Shown one piece after another: positions 49,301-61,600 of a stretch of DNA of 64,000 bases (position 1 is its first letter; each line of letters opens with the position of its first letter). The notes beneath the pieces were generated by a model. It was not told where the DNA came from. It saw only the letters and a program-made list of their open reading frames with translations, and ran no database searches. Made by a program: the position numbers and the translations under genes. The stretch comes from Plasmodiophora brassicae (Eukaryota): positions 1,054,001-1,118,000 of the forward strand of contig CP145417.1 in NCBI GenBank assembly GCA_036867785.1, in the 5' to 3' direction.

Positions 49301-51495
49301 GAGACTATCCTCGCGGTTTACTGTTGCAAATGGTCCCGCCGAAGAGACGAAGGACCCAGACCCATGGACGTCTCCTGTTCCCGCCGAAGAGACGAAGGAC
49401 CCAGACTCATGGACGTCTCCTGTACGGATCCCCACGAGGGTATCTCCGCGGCGCTGTAGGCGGCGCTGACGCCAATCGATATCTGGAATACGGCCACCCA
49501 ACTAGGATCCAGGCCAGGGCGACAAAGGTTGCGAACATCAGAAGATTGAGGCTGTGGCCGTCTCGGAAGCCACCATTGGAGGGAGGCGGCGGGAGAGACC
49601 GTTTCACCCTTCGTCGAACGGGGCCCCAGTTCCGGAAGGAGGACATAAGGGGCGTGGACTCGGAGCCTGAACGGGGCAATGATAAGAGATCGGTGCGGCT
49701 GGTGGCAACAGTGTCATTGAAGGCGGCGACCCCCGGGATACCATAATCGAAAGCGGAAGGACTCGGCCTGTCGTCGACGGCAGCAGTGGCAATGTGGCAC
49801 TCCGGGTGGTCGTCATTAGATACGGAAGCCAGCTTGCCGTCGACAAACACGGATGTAAGCGGCAACGTTTCGAGTGATTCAGCTGAAGGGATGGCACACG
49901 CAGGCGCAGGAACGCTTCGTGCAGGAGGTGAGACCCCAGCTGAGAGACTATCCTCGCGGTTTACTGTTGCAAATGGTCCCGCCGAAGAGACGAAGGACCC
50001 AGACCCATGGACGTCTCCTGTTCCCGCCGAAGAGACGAAGGACCCAGACTCATGGACGTCTCCTGTACGGATCCCCACGAGGGTATCTCCGCGGCGCTGT
50101 AGGCGGCGCTGACGCCAATCGATATCTGGGTTTGTATCCGCCAACCGACAACAATAGACGTTAAGGGTAGGCCCGGAGACACCCGTGGCGCCGGCACCCG
50201 AGCCCCAACGGACGAAGCGCCAATATGCTGCGACGTCGAGGAGACAGGGTCATGCCGAGGCGCGCCGCCGGGGTCCTGCAGAGACGTCGAGGCGGCAGAA
50301 ACGTGTAGGGACGATAAGGCAGGCGGGGAGTGAGGGTCCGAACAGGACAGAGAGTCGTCGGGCCAATCGGCAGCGGTACTAGTGAGCGAAGGCGGGGTGA
50401 GCGGTCGTGCAGGGAGATGATTCGCCAGTGGCAGAACACCCCGCGCGAAGTGCAGATGCGACAGGGGACCGAGAGCAAAATCCGACGCACCCGCAACATC
50501 CGGATTCGCGGACGATGGGACGTCGTCCGCCAATGACGGAATCGACCCATCGCCTCCTGCCATGAATGCAATACAATACCAACGATAGAAACGGTACGGC
50601 ACGGTACGATACGGCACAATACGATACGATACGGCACAATACGATACGATACGGCACAATACGAAACGAGTCGAGACAATACGACGACAGAAGGTTAGTC
50701 GGTACGGCACGGTACGATACGGCACAATACGATACGATACGGCACAATACGATACGATACGGCACAATACGATACGAGTCGAGACAAGACGACGACAGAA
50801 GGTTAGTCGGTCAAAATGTGACGACCGAACACGATGAGTCAACCACACGGATTGACCGACTGAGGTCGGTCCGCGCCGTGGACGTTTATTGTACCTAGTG
50901 CGCTACGACGAAGGAGCCCAATTTGGTGCCGGCTGAGTCGCCAACACGACTCAGTCGTGACAGGCGTAACCGGGCACGACCTGCTGTGTCTAGCGACAAG
51001 GATTCCAGTGGAGATGCGCCCGCCAACAATAACGATGCCTTCAACGCAGACGCTGAACGAGGACTTCATCAATCACAACCGCGTGCCCACGTTCCCATTG
51101 CTGACAATGGGCGACAGGCAGGTGGAATTTCTGACGAGCAACCACGTAATGACCTTGAACCCGAACCTCGATCCGGGAAACGTCGTCGTCGTGAAGCAGG
51201 CGATTTTGACGTCGCTGATCGGGACATGTCGAACATTGATACGCGCGCGAAGTTGCGAACGATGCGGCGTATTGAGATCCAGTGTGCAGGGAGGGCCAAG
51301 AATTCGTTCACGCCGTCCATGAGAACGTTCTATTATAATGTCCTGACCCCCGTCCTGAACTGTTTGAGGCGACATTGTAACGATGATGACGACGAATTCG
51401 CTAGACGATGGGGGGACCAGTTCGCGCACACAGATTTTAAGAAACGTCGGTGCCCGGGCTCGCATCCTTCGAACGGGTGCGGATGGCAGGGTTGA
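46381..51495 (+). CDS. Tyrosine recombinase, spliced, disrupted by an LTR insertion at 48319-50962
   Basis: Catalytic set LFLRSAE (R), KIKGKAD (K), HTLRK (HxxR), ARH (H), KRYY (Y). Removing the insert and one TSD restores the frame ..SARGR|NRARP.. to a Cys/His C-terminal domain. Confidence 0.88.
48319..50962 (-). mobile_element. Non-autonomous LTR retroelement, copy 1 (internally deleted)
   Basis: Two apparently identical 146-bp TG..CA LTRs (48319-48464 and 50817-50962), TSD GGCGT, PPT at 48471-48479. About 1 kb of gag-PR is missing relative to copy 2. Confidence 0.97.
48844..50129. repeat. 643-bp tandem duplication inside LTR element copy 1
   Basis: 48844-49486 matches 49487-50129; identical ORFs are offset by 643. 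Confidence 0.95.
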
Positions 51496-51951
51496 ATAAA
51501 CAAATCCAATGCGCTGGATGCTGTTAAACCTTGTTGATAGGTAAGTAGGTATGTACAGGTATTCTGGCGGAGGTCACCGGCGCAGTTTTGTGACTGCGCA
51601 TTTTTGTGAAACCTTCCCTGCCCTTCTTCCGCCATAAAGGCACATTATTACAGTATTCTCTGCGTATACAGCACGTAGGTCAGTAAGGAAATGACTCGCA
51701 AATATTCACAACTGACTACGAAAACAGCTGTTTGGCACTTTCCACGATACCTTTTCCTTCACTGGCCTTGTAGACGGTGGAGCAGTGCAGCATGCCCTGT
51801 CGCAGCCAGAGATACCAAGAATAGCATCTAGGAGAGGCAGCCCTAAGACCAGGAGAGTCCGTACGGCATGCGGGAAGGCCGGACGGCATGGAGGAGAAGG
51901 ATCAGGAGATCTGGGAAGGAGGACGCTGAGGCAGTGCATGACATTGGGTTT

Positions 51952-52135
51952 TAGGCATGTACCCACACCCGTACCCGGCCGCCGCGAGGACAACTCTACC
52001 CGCACCCGTACCCGACCGGTCGAATATAAAAAATCATACCCATACCCGATCCGACCCGCGGCTGAGAATTACCAGCCCATACCCGATTCACACCCGACGA
52101 TCCAATTTCGTGGCCATACCCGGCCGATCCGGACA
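51952..52135. repeat. ACCCG/TACCC-rich tract resembling the subterminal region of a DNA transposon (hAT-like)
   Basis: Multiple tacccg, cacccg and gacccg motifs following taggcatg. Confidence 0.4.
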
Positions 52136-52177
52136 TCGCTCGATCATCGGGGGCTTGAGCTTCTCCGGTGAGATGTT

Positions 52178-52249
52178 TTGTAGACCGGACCGCCAACTAG
52201 GCCACGAGAGCAGCTGCTCTCGTGGCCTAGTTGGCGGTCCGGTCTACAA
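52178..52249. repeat. Perfect 72-bp palindrome
   Basis: ttgtagaccggaccgccaactaggccacgagagcag|ctgctctcgtggcctagttggcggtccggtctacaa. A degenerate copy lies at 19610-19694. Confidence 0.97.
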
Positions 52250-54640
52250 CCGGTTTTAGTGCGATCGACGAGATCCAAAGCACTATGGCGCGACGATTGA
52301 AGCCCGGGCAGCAGCCAATGGCGGAGGGGCTGGACCCGAGCTCACTGGAGAAGTTGGAGGAGCAGTACACGGACTACTGTCGCATCACGTCGGAGGCGGA
52401 GGCGTACCTGCCGGAGCGAGAACGACGCGGCCCAGTCTCAATCCGAAACTGCTTCAAGTTTCATGAACGACAGGCAATTGCGATGGACGAGCTGGAACTC
52501 CAGGACGAGCAGGAGATGACGGACGCTCACCTCGAGGCATGGATGGCCGAGGAGATTGCACAGCTGGGGAGCCGAATGGCGCACAATCTGAAGGCGGCGG
52601 AGAAGTTGCTGGCGAACGAACTGGCCATGAACACGAAGCTGCCATTCCTGATCGACAGGATCAAGTCGATACGATTCGAGTTGCGGCGTCTGGTGTCCCA
52701 AAACGGCCTGGAGTGGATGAACGACGACCAGGCGGGGAGGCGCGTCTTCGGCAAGCTAGTGGTGGATGCCATCAAGCCGATTCCGCTGCAGAAACACATG
52801 GTCGACTGGGTAGAACCGGATCCAGAAGCGCGCACTGGCGACATCGAGGGCCTGTTCCAGGAAGCCATCCGATACGCGAATTCGGTCGTCGACGTGCTGG
52901 GCAACCCGAGCACATCTGACAAGGAGACGGTCGCCCAACTGAGGGCAATCGCGAAGGGCAATGGCGGCAACTACCCTCGCGGTGTAAAGGTCAACAAGCG
53001 AGGCGGTCGACGGTCCCCGGAACCCACTCCCAAGCGTCAACGATTCGGTGGCGGATTCCAGCGCAACGGACGCGGTCATGAGCGCGAAGGCCCGAACGGA
53101 CGACGCGGAGAAGGTCATGGTCGACACAAGACTGAAGGACACGGTCGGGACACGCCGGGAGGACAGCAGGAAGGCGCACCTGAGGGAAACGGAAGCCAAC
53201 GGAACGGAGGGCCTGACCGAGGCGATAAGCAGGACGACAACCGTGACACGAAGAAAGCCCCCAAAGGCGGTTGTTTCCGATGCAAGGGCGAGCACTACGT
53301 GAGCGACTGCCCGCAACCGCCGACGGAGGAGGAGCGCCGTGGTCGTGGCAACCGCGGAATAAACGCGGCACGTGTTCGAACGTACGATGGTGATGCAAAG
53401 CGATGACTCTCTGAGGGCACATCGGGGAGACCACATTCGAGTGCGCTCTGGATTCCGAATGTCGTGGAGGCAACGTCATACCGGCGAACATTGCAGAACG
53501 GCTTGACGATGCAGCTGCGATACAGGAGATTGATCCGATCGAGATTGTCCTGGGTGATGACAAGACCACTGAGGTCTGCTCGAAGGTCCTTGCCGTTCCG
53601 ATCATGAAACTGCACGGCGAACACGGGACATTGACGCTGTACAACATGCGATTCTACATCTCGACGATGGTTGCGAAGACGCTGCTCGGAAACCCGATTC
53701 TCACGGCTATGGGAATTGATCCCAAACAGCAGTTGGAGTCGCTGATGTCAACGAACGATGGGGTCATGCAGTTCGATGCTGACTCGCTCGAGACGGTGGA
53801 GAGGGTGACGGCCAAGATGATCGAACTGAGTGCCAACCACGGATGCAACCCCTACACGAACAGCGAAGGCGAGCCGACGCGCAGTGAGATCGATCTCGGA
53901 AAGGTTGATCCGTCTGGAATCAGCGAGGCTGTCAACGATATGATCAAGCAGGCTAAGAAGAATGGCATTTCGAGGCAAGGCTTGAGGCGACTGCGGAAGA
54001 TCTTGAACAAGCACATGAATGAGTTCCGTACGACGCTGGGGTCTGACCCACCTGTGGACGTGGAACCATTGAGGACGGACCTGAAGGACGGTGCCACACC
54101 ATATCGGTGCAAGCCGCGCATGTACAATCCGAAGCAAAAGGAGTTCTTGACGGACATGATACGGATGCTGAAGGACAACGGCCTGATGTTTGCGAACATG
54201 AACTCGAAGTGGGCCAGTCCTGTCCTGATCGTCAAGAAGCCACACGGAGACGGCTACCGGCTATGCGTCGACCTTCGACAGGTGAACCTTCGATCTGAGC
54301 CAACTGTTTGTCCCATGCCGAACATCGAGGCGGGAGCCCGCAAGCTCGAAGGTATGTCGTGCTTCTTCAGCTTGGATGCCTTCAAAGGGCTTCTGGTTGA
54401 TGCCTCGGACAAATCTTGTCAAGAGATGTTTTCATTCATGACAGACGATTCGGTTTGTGTCACGACTGAGTCGTGTTGGCGACTCAGCCGGCACCAAATT
54501 GGGCTCTTCGTAGCGCACTAGGTACAATAAACGTCCACGGCGCGGACCGACCTCAGTCGGTCAATCCGTGTGGTTGACTCATCGTGTTCGGTCGTCACAT
54601 TTTGACCGACTAACCTTCTGTCGTCGTCTTGTCTCGACCC

Positions 54641-54820
54641 GTATCGTATTGTGCCGTATCGTATCGTATTGTGCCGTATCGTATCGTATTGTGCCGTATC
54701 GTATCGTATTGTGCCGTATCGTATCGTATTGTGCCGTATCGTATCGTATTGTGCCGTATCGTATCGTATTGTGCCGTATCGTATCGTATTGTGCCGTATC
54801 GTATCGTATTGTGCCGTATC
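54641..54820 (+). repeat. Minisatellite (GTATCGTATTGTGCCGTATC)x9 in the LTR-element leader
   Basis: Nine perfect 20-bp units. Shorter arrays occur in copy 1 at ~50592-50777 (reverse strand). Confidence 0.97.
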
Positions 54821-54864
54821 GTACCGTGCCGTACCGTTTCTATCGTTGGTATTGTATTGCATTC

Positions 54865-57122
54865 ATGGCAGGAGGCGATGGGTCGATTCCGTCATTGGCG
54901 GACGACGTCCCATCGTCCGCGAATCCGGATGTTGCGGGTGCGTCGGATTTTGCTCTCGGTCCCCTGTCGCAGCTGCACTTCGCGCGGGGTGTTCTGCCAC
55001 TGGCTAATCAGCTCCCTGCACGACCGCTCACCCCGCCCTCGCACAATAGTACCGCTGCCGATTGGCCCGACGACTATCGGTCCTCTTCGAACCGTCACTC
55101 CCCGCCTGCCTTATCGTCCCTACATGTTTCTGCCGCCTCGACGTCTCTGCAGGACCCCGGCGGCGCGCCTCGGCATGACCCTGTCTCCTCGACGTCGCAG
55201 CATATTGGCGCTTCGTCCGTTGGGGCTCGGGTGCCGGCGCCACGGGTGTCTCCGGGCCCACCCTTAACGTCTATTGTTGTTCAGTCACAAGACATTCCGC
55301 GTTTTTCGGGAAGCGATGGTCTGTCGACGACGCGTTGGTTGACTGCGTTCTCTCGGATCACCCAGACGTCGTTAACGTCTACAAGTCCTCTATCCGGCGA
55401 TGTGCAATGTGTCTTAACGACAGCCTTGCAAGGTCAGGCCCTTGAGACTTACCTCGACTTGCCTGCGGACGCGTCTATGGCGGACGTAGCGTCCGTCCTG
55501 CTCCGTGATTTCCCGGGACCTTCGTTCAAGCAGGTTGAAGCGAAGTTTGACAACCTGAAGCAGACTGCAGGTGTCGCTCACCACGCACTGGCATTCCAAC
55601 GCTTGTACAAGGACCTTCAAAGACTTGACCCATTGTACAGACTCAATCCGGCCCGCTTGGCGGAAAAGTTCCGCCTCTCGTTGAACCCTGCGCTCTCCGA
55701 AGCGCTGTTCTTCTACAACTTCAGAGACTACGACAAAGTTCTCGAGATGGCGGCCCATCTTGAGTCGAAATATCCAATCGCCGCCATCAACGCTGGCGGT
55801 GATGCAAGGCAACAACCCCTGGCTTGCCATTATTGTCGCGAGGTTGGGCATTTTATTGCGTCCTGCCCGAAGAGGCCAGCTTGCCCGCACTGTCATAAGG
55901 TTGGCCACTGCTCATCGCTGTGTCCCGAGCGGTCCGGCAACCCTCTCCACGTCACTGATCTGTTCCTTATGACGTCTCCCTCAATACCGCATCTGTTGGT
56001 ATCGGTACGCCTCGTTATCGGCTCACGCCGTGTCAACACTATCGCCCTGTTAGACTGTGGCGCGACTTCCAACTTCATCGACTGGTCGTTCTGTCGTCAC
56101 CATGAAATACCGGTTCGCTCTAAATCGCGTGCCATTCCTGTTCGCGTCATCGACGGGCGACACCTGTCTCCAGTAACTCAGGAAACCGTCCCGCTACGTG
56201 CTACCGTCGACGGATGTTTCGACAGCGACGTCGTCCTGAACATGATCCACTCGCCTCAACACCCTATCATTCTTGGGCTGCCTTGGTTGGCGGATACAAA
56301 CCCAGATATCGATTGGCGTCAGCGCCGCCTACAGCGCCGCGGAGGTACCCTTGTTGGGATGTCACGCCTTACAGGAGACGTCCACGAGTCTGGGTCCTTC
56401 GTCTCTTCGGCGGGACCGTTTGCAACAGTAAAGCGCGGGGATAGTCTCTCAGCTGGGGTCTCGCCTCCTGCACGAAGCGTTCCTGCGCCTGCGTGTGCCA
56501 TCCCTTCAGCTGAATCACTCGAAACGTTGCCGCTTACATCCGTGTTTGTCGACGGCAAGCTGGCTTCCGTAGCTAATGACGACCACCCGGAGTGCCACAT
56601 TGCCATTGCTGCCGTCGACGACCGGCCGAGTCCTCCCGCTTTCGATTATGGTAGCATCCCGGGGGTCGCCGCCTTCAATGCTACTGTTGCCCCCAGCCGC
56701 ACCGATCTCTTATCATTGCCCCGTTCAGGCTCCGAGTCCACGCCCCTTATGTCCTCCTTCCGGAACTTGGGCCCCGTTCGACGAGGGGTGAGACGGTCTC
56801 TCCCGCCGCCTCCGCCGCCTCCCTCCAATGATGGCTTCCGAGACGGCCACAGCCTCAATCTTCTGATGTTCGCAACCTTTGTCGCCCTGACCTGGATCCT
56901 AGTTGGGTGGCCGTATTTTCCAATATTACAGCTGTGTACGAGCGCCTCTGCGGAGCCCCCGCCCTTGAATGCGCCCGCCGAGTCCTTCTTTGCACATTTT
57001 GCTACGTTCGAGGATGACCAGGCCTCATCAACCTCGATCGCGTTTCTCAACCCCGATCTCATGTTCCTGGACGCCGCCGCACGTGTGTTTGCCCACAAGC
57101 TACATCGACGACAGAGTCGTTC
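54865..57122 (+). CDS. Gag (two CCHC knuckles) + aspartic protease + TM-containing extension, interrupted by the CACTA element
   Basis: CHYCREVGHFIASC, CPHCHKVGHCSSLC, ALLDCGATSNFID, IILGLPWL, LLMFATFVALTWILVGWPYF. The frame resumes after 62879. Confidence 0.9.
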
Positions 57123-57302
57123 CACAGGCAGCATATCGGCTACAGCGGGGATACAATTTTGCGAAGGAGCTACAAATCGTCTACATCAGTGGACACATTG
57201 GTGATACATTCTTCCGCCTGCCCACGGACTGCGCTGATGGGGATACAAATGTGCTACAAGCCTTCAGCACCGCGCTTGGACGTACAACCAAACATCGTTT
57301 AC

Positions 57303-60300
57303 TTATCCACTCGTAGACCATGCAACGGACGACGCCACAATCGCATTGGCCCTCGGCAGCACACAGACAAAGCTGGCGCGCATGTTCGACCCACTGTGCG
57401 AGATCATCTCTGGAATTTTCGTGGGCACCAAGACGACGTTCGCCGGAACCGACTGGTTGATCGGGAAGAACGGCGACAGTTCACGTCCGGACGTCAACCC
57501 ATCCCCGGTAATATATCGTGGCAGCTTTAACTCGACGCGCCGATTCCCAATTCGCAGTTTCTTGGGGACGTACATCCTCCACCAACTGTGCAAATGATCG
57601 GATTCAAATGCAGACACTTGGGTAACAGCAGTTTCTCCCAATTACCGTTGACAGATGAACACGTTGAACGGCGGGCCGCCAGGGAATTCGAACTGACCAA
57701 TCGCTTTGATCTGGCCGGTGTAATGTTCGTCTCCTGATATCGTGTAGACCAGGTCATTCTGGCTCCTTGGAAACGTGCGATCCAGCTGCGTCGTCCTCCA
57801 TAGCACATTGCCTAAAGCAAAGTAAGGACAACTTTGCGCAAGGCGCTGATGCAGCGGGTTCGTACCATAATACGCCCGGTGATACACTTTGACTTTCGTG
57901 GGAAGCAACCGCCGACCGAAGTTGGTTAAACACCACTCGTCAAACGCGTCGACGTCGCGGAACATGTCAACGTACTCGCGTACAGAGTGACCGACGTCGT
58001 GCGCAAACTGATGACATGCATCACGGTACTCGTCGAAGTATGGATGTGCATGGGCAGTGCACCATTCCTGACTGCCGTACATATGGCGGTGCAGCCAAGC
58101 CCGATCGTGTCTCGACAGTAGCAGGTCGCTGCCGGGTTGGCCCACAGTTAACGCCAACACGAGCCCGTTCTGATCCTGCTCGTCGACCTCTTCTGCATCT
58201 CCGAACGTAAACCGGTTTCCGGTATGCGTTGGGAAACAATCGGCATAGTCAGCCCTGACAAAGTGCTCGGTAAATAACTCAATGATGGCAATAACCTGGT
58301 GCTGTTCTCTTACCGGTTCCTCGCTGTCGCCGACATCACCTGGAACGCTTGTACGATGTTACGCGCGAACCCGATCGTCGCGGATAACTCGCGTTTCATG
58401 TAGAGCATCCATCGCTCCACGTAGTAATTCCAGACAAATCCCTTGATTGGGCCGAATTGTTTAACGATATCAGGGATGTGCATTATGGAATGGGCCTGCG
58501 ACCAGCCGTCAACACAATCAAAGCACTCGTGTGAAGCATTTCTTACTGGTATGGTCATCATGGTCGCTGGCCCTAAATACTCCATCTCAGCGAGAGCGGC
58601 GCGAAATTCCAAAGCAATATTGTCAAGGGCAGACTTGGGAATTGCCTTTGACAAAAGGAGGTTTGCGCAGTGAAGAAAAGTAAAGAATGCCGACCAGAAA
58701 CGCATCCGTGTCAGGCTATTCAAGAGAACGGAAGGATTGCAGAGAGAGAAGAAAACAGCGATACCAAAGTCGCCGATCCAGGGCATGGTATTGTGACCCT
58801 TCCAGCCAGACCTGTTGAAGCAATTCGAAGGCCGATCTCCGTTTCCTAAACTTTCCTTATCGAATACGGCGTCACTATACCATGACATTACAGTTACCAG
58901 TAGGCCACTTGATAGAGTCCAGGACCTCGTGCAGTCGCTTCGACAGAGAGGTTCCACTTGCAGTGGCAGGATACCGTGTAGGGTCAACTGGAATGTGCCA
59001 CGGCGGACAGTCGCTGCAAGTTCCATCGAGGCTTGAACAAGAATGGAAGACAGTCCGTCCGAAGTATTCCTCCAGCTAATTAAACATGTCAATTACCCCA
59101 CTGATTCTTCGCGCACACTGCATGCAACCTTACCGGGAGGATGTAGAAGTTTCGATGGCCTTTGAAGTTGATGATATCAAAAACGCGAGGCAGGAAGGTT
59201 AGCAGAAGACAGTGTAGCGTGCATAGTACGAACATGACCGTACTATTTATTAAATCCGGGTACCAGACCGGTACTATACGCATCCGTTCTAGATGCACTG
59301 GCAGGTTTCGATTTGAACCCTAACGTAGACGTTAATATCTATGGTTCAGCTAAGTCGGTAATACTCACGATTAGGTATGTCGCGAATTGCGTCCCTTATG
59401 GACGCCCACCTTGCTGCCAAGGGTGCCTTCTTGAAGGTTCTCTCACACCTTCGTCGAACGGGGTGCCCATTCGGTAGACAACCCCAGACGTGCGGAAACA
59501 GTTTGCGGTCACTGCAGTAGATGCCCGCGACATCACAGCGGTTGCACGCGTTGGACAGCCCTTGTGACGACAAGGATGCCACTTTTGCCAGTTCTACATA
59601 ATCATGACCCTGACATATGTCAGAACACTGGCAGACGCGCTCGACCAACGATGAGTACCTGGTGGACGTGGAAAAGACGCATCCACTTAAGGGACCCATC
59701 GGACGCGTCCCGGAAAGGTACCGCAAACTTGAAGCCAATGTTGTGCTCCACGACTTGTAACCTGAAGATTGAATTTAATTATATTACTGCAATCTGAACA
59801 GGGATAAAGCATATCAAACCGGCGAAAAAGATGCTGGACCGCTTTCGGGGAACTGGCCGGCATGAGGCCAATGAGCATGACGAAGCCGCGGTTGCACCGT
59901 AGTCCCTGTCTCAATGCGAGATTTACGAGCAGCATCGGGATCAAGGACTCGTTCGTCCACTTCGTAACGCGCGCGCCATCTATGCCAACAGATGTTGCAA
60001 TGGGAAAGACGTCTTCCCTATTGAAGAGTATCACACGGACGCGATAATAAGCAGGCGAAGTGGACTACCGATCGCATTCGCTCATAAAAGGAGCAAACGT
60101 TCGTTGTACGTGTGGGATGGGTGCACCTGAGTCCGTCTATACTGTTGTAGCTGCTCATTCATGTTTTCCGCCAGGAATCTGCAGCCCCACTGCAATATGA
60201 TCTGTCACAATGGAAATGTCAAAAGAGCAAAGGATCTCATCATTTGCGCGAACCTGCAACAACATTGGCAGATAATAACAGGAACTTGTACGATTTCGGC

Positions 60301-61185
60301 AGCACGGCGGCCGTACACGGTTCACGTTATGGGCAGGCCAAACATGGCCTTCATCACAATACCTATACTCGATAAACGGGCAAGTCAGGTCCAATGCATC
60401 GAAACGCGCTCGCAAATCACGCATGTCGGTGAATAGTGGCGGCTTACGCTCCAGAACGCGGGCCGAATTCCGGTATTCGTCCATCATGGAGTCGATGGTA
60501 CAGCGGGCTTGATCATCCGGTGAGTCTGGTATAACACTCTTCAACTTCTCAAGGTGGAACAAACAATTCCTCAGGGCCCCATAGAAAGCAATGCAACCGT
60601 GCGTGTTACCTCAGCGATAAATTCCCCAACGCACTGCAACTTTGCCTGCTTCGCCGTAGAATGAATAACTTGAGACATGCGAGTAAACGCGGCGTCGGAC
60701 AGGGAGGACTTGCACATCTCGTCGAGGACGAAGAAAGTCTGCTGCAGACCACTGCTAGGCTTAGCAGAGGGTCTGACAAACCCGGGAATGCGGGCTTTCA
60801 GCAGCGCCGCTAGTGCTTCAGAGCACTCGACTAGACATTCATCAGCATCGGGCGGAAGGGCTTTCCCGACATCAAAATCGACATTGGATATGTTCGATTC
60901 AGCATCATAGGTAGCATGCATCTTGGCGACGCCCGCTGATGCATGGTCGGAGTCATACGACGAATCGGAAACAGATGAATCGGAATCCTCGGGCGAATGA
61001 TCGACCGCAGGAGTGTCGACGATGGGCACTGGAGACGATGGACTAGTGCTGTCCGATGGTGGAATCGAACTGGCCGCATCCGTTCGTGCAGCCTTTCTGG
61101 CACGAAGAACACGTGGGGTCAGAAGCATGTCGGTGCAGCGAGGCGACACAGTTGCGGCAAGTGACAAGTCCGAGGAAGCCGACAA
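57303..61185 (-). CDS. EnSpm/Transposase_21-type DDE transposase, multi-exon, possibly frameshifted
   Basis: YRYCDEGH..PCC..CYYLPM, GIDG..SLIPMLLVNLAL..R...VMLIGLMP, GHD..ACNRC, TLHCLLL, HSIMHIPDIVKQFGP..WNYYVERW. Confidence 0.85.
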
Positions 61186-61600
61186 CTCTGGCGCGTACCC
61201 AGCGGCGGACCGCAGGCGTAAACGTCGAGACCGTTATGTACAAATGTAATACGAAATAGAATCTGACGTGGGTACGTTAGGGTTTATTGTTGTTCCTGCT
61301 CAAATCGTGGAATACGGAAGCCTTGTGACGAGAAGTCGTAGTGAGCGGCGTTTTGCAAGATTCAGTGCGACCGGCTCGGGAGAGGGGACCGGCTCGGGAG
61401 AGGGGTGCTGCATGATGAAGGCTGCGCAAACCCCCACGCAGTGAACTCGACCCAGTCACAGTCCGATCCGGGCTGCTCATTCGCGACGTGCGCCCACAAC
61501 AACTCGAAGTGATATTGGGCGGTGTAGGTCGAGATGGCGCGACGAAGACGAGCATCGTCGAGGTACAAGTACGTCGGCCCTCTTTTCAGGTATCTGACTG

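Larger units (their letters stand above)
45577..51770 (+). mobile_element. Tyrosine-recombinase DNA element (Crypton-like) bounded by ~130-bp inverted repeats
   Basis: 45577-45707 is the near reverse complement of 51643-51770 (caaggccagtgaa..gtatcgtggaaagtgccaaacagctgttttcgtagtcagttgtg..aataatg). These repeats enclose the YR gene. Confidence 0.8.

Noticed and set aside
45577-51770. DIRS retrotransposon or Starship interpretation of the YR element
   Set aside because: There is no RT, RNase H or methyltransferase between the IRs, and the nearby RT belongs to a separate Gypsy. The element is small and carries no host-like cargo.
51769-51948. 5' LTR of the Gypsy element (TGTAGAC..ATGACA followed by TTGG)
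   Set aside because: No second copy or TSD in the window to confirm it. It overlaps the last two bases of the YR element's right IR, so that boundary is uncertain by 2 bp.
54641-54836. CRISPR-like array
   Set aside because: The 20-bp units are head-to-tail with no unique spacers, there are no cas genes, and the array lies in an LTR-element leader.
54568-54864. N-terminal RIVSYCAVSYRIVPY repeats of the 878-aa ORF
   Set aside because: This is translation of LTR and minisatellite sequence from a non-ATG codon. Gag most likely starts at ATG 54865.
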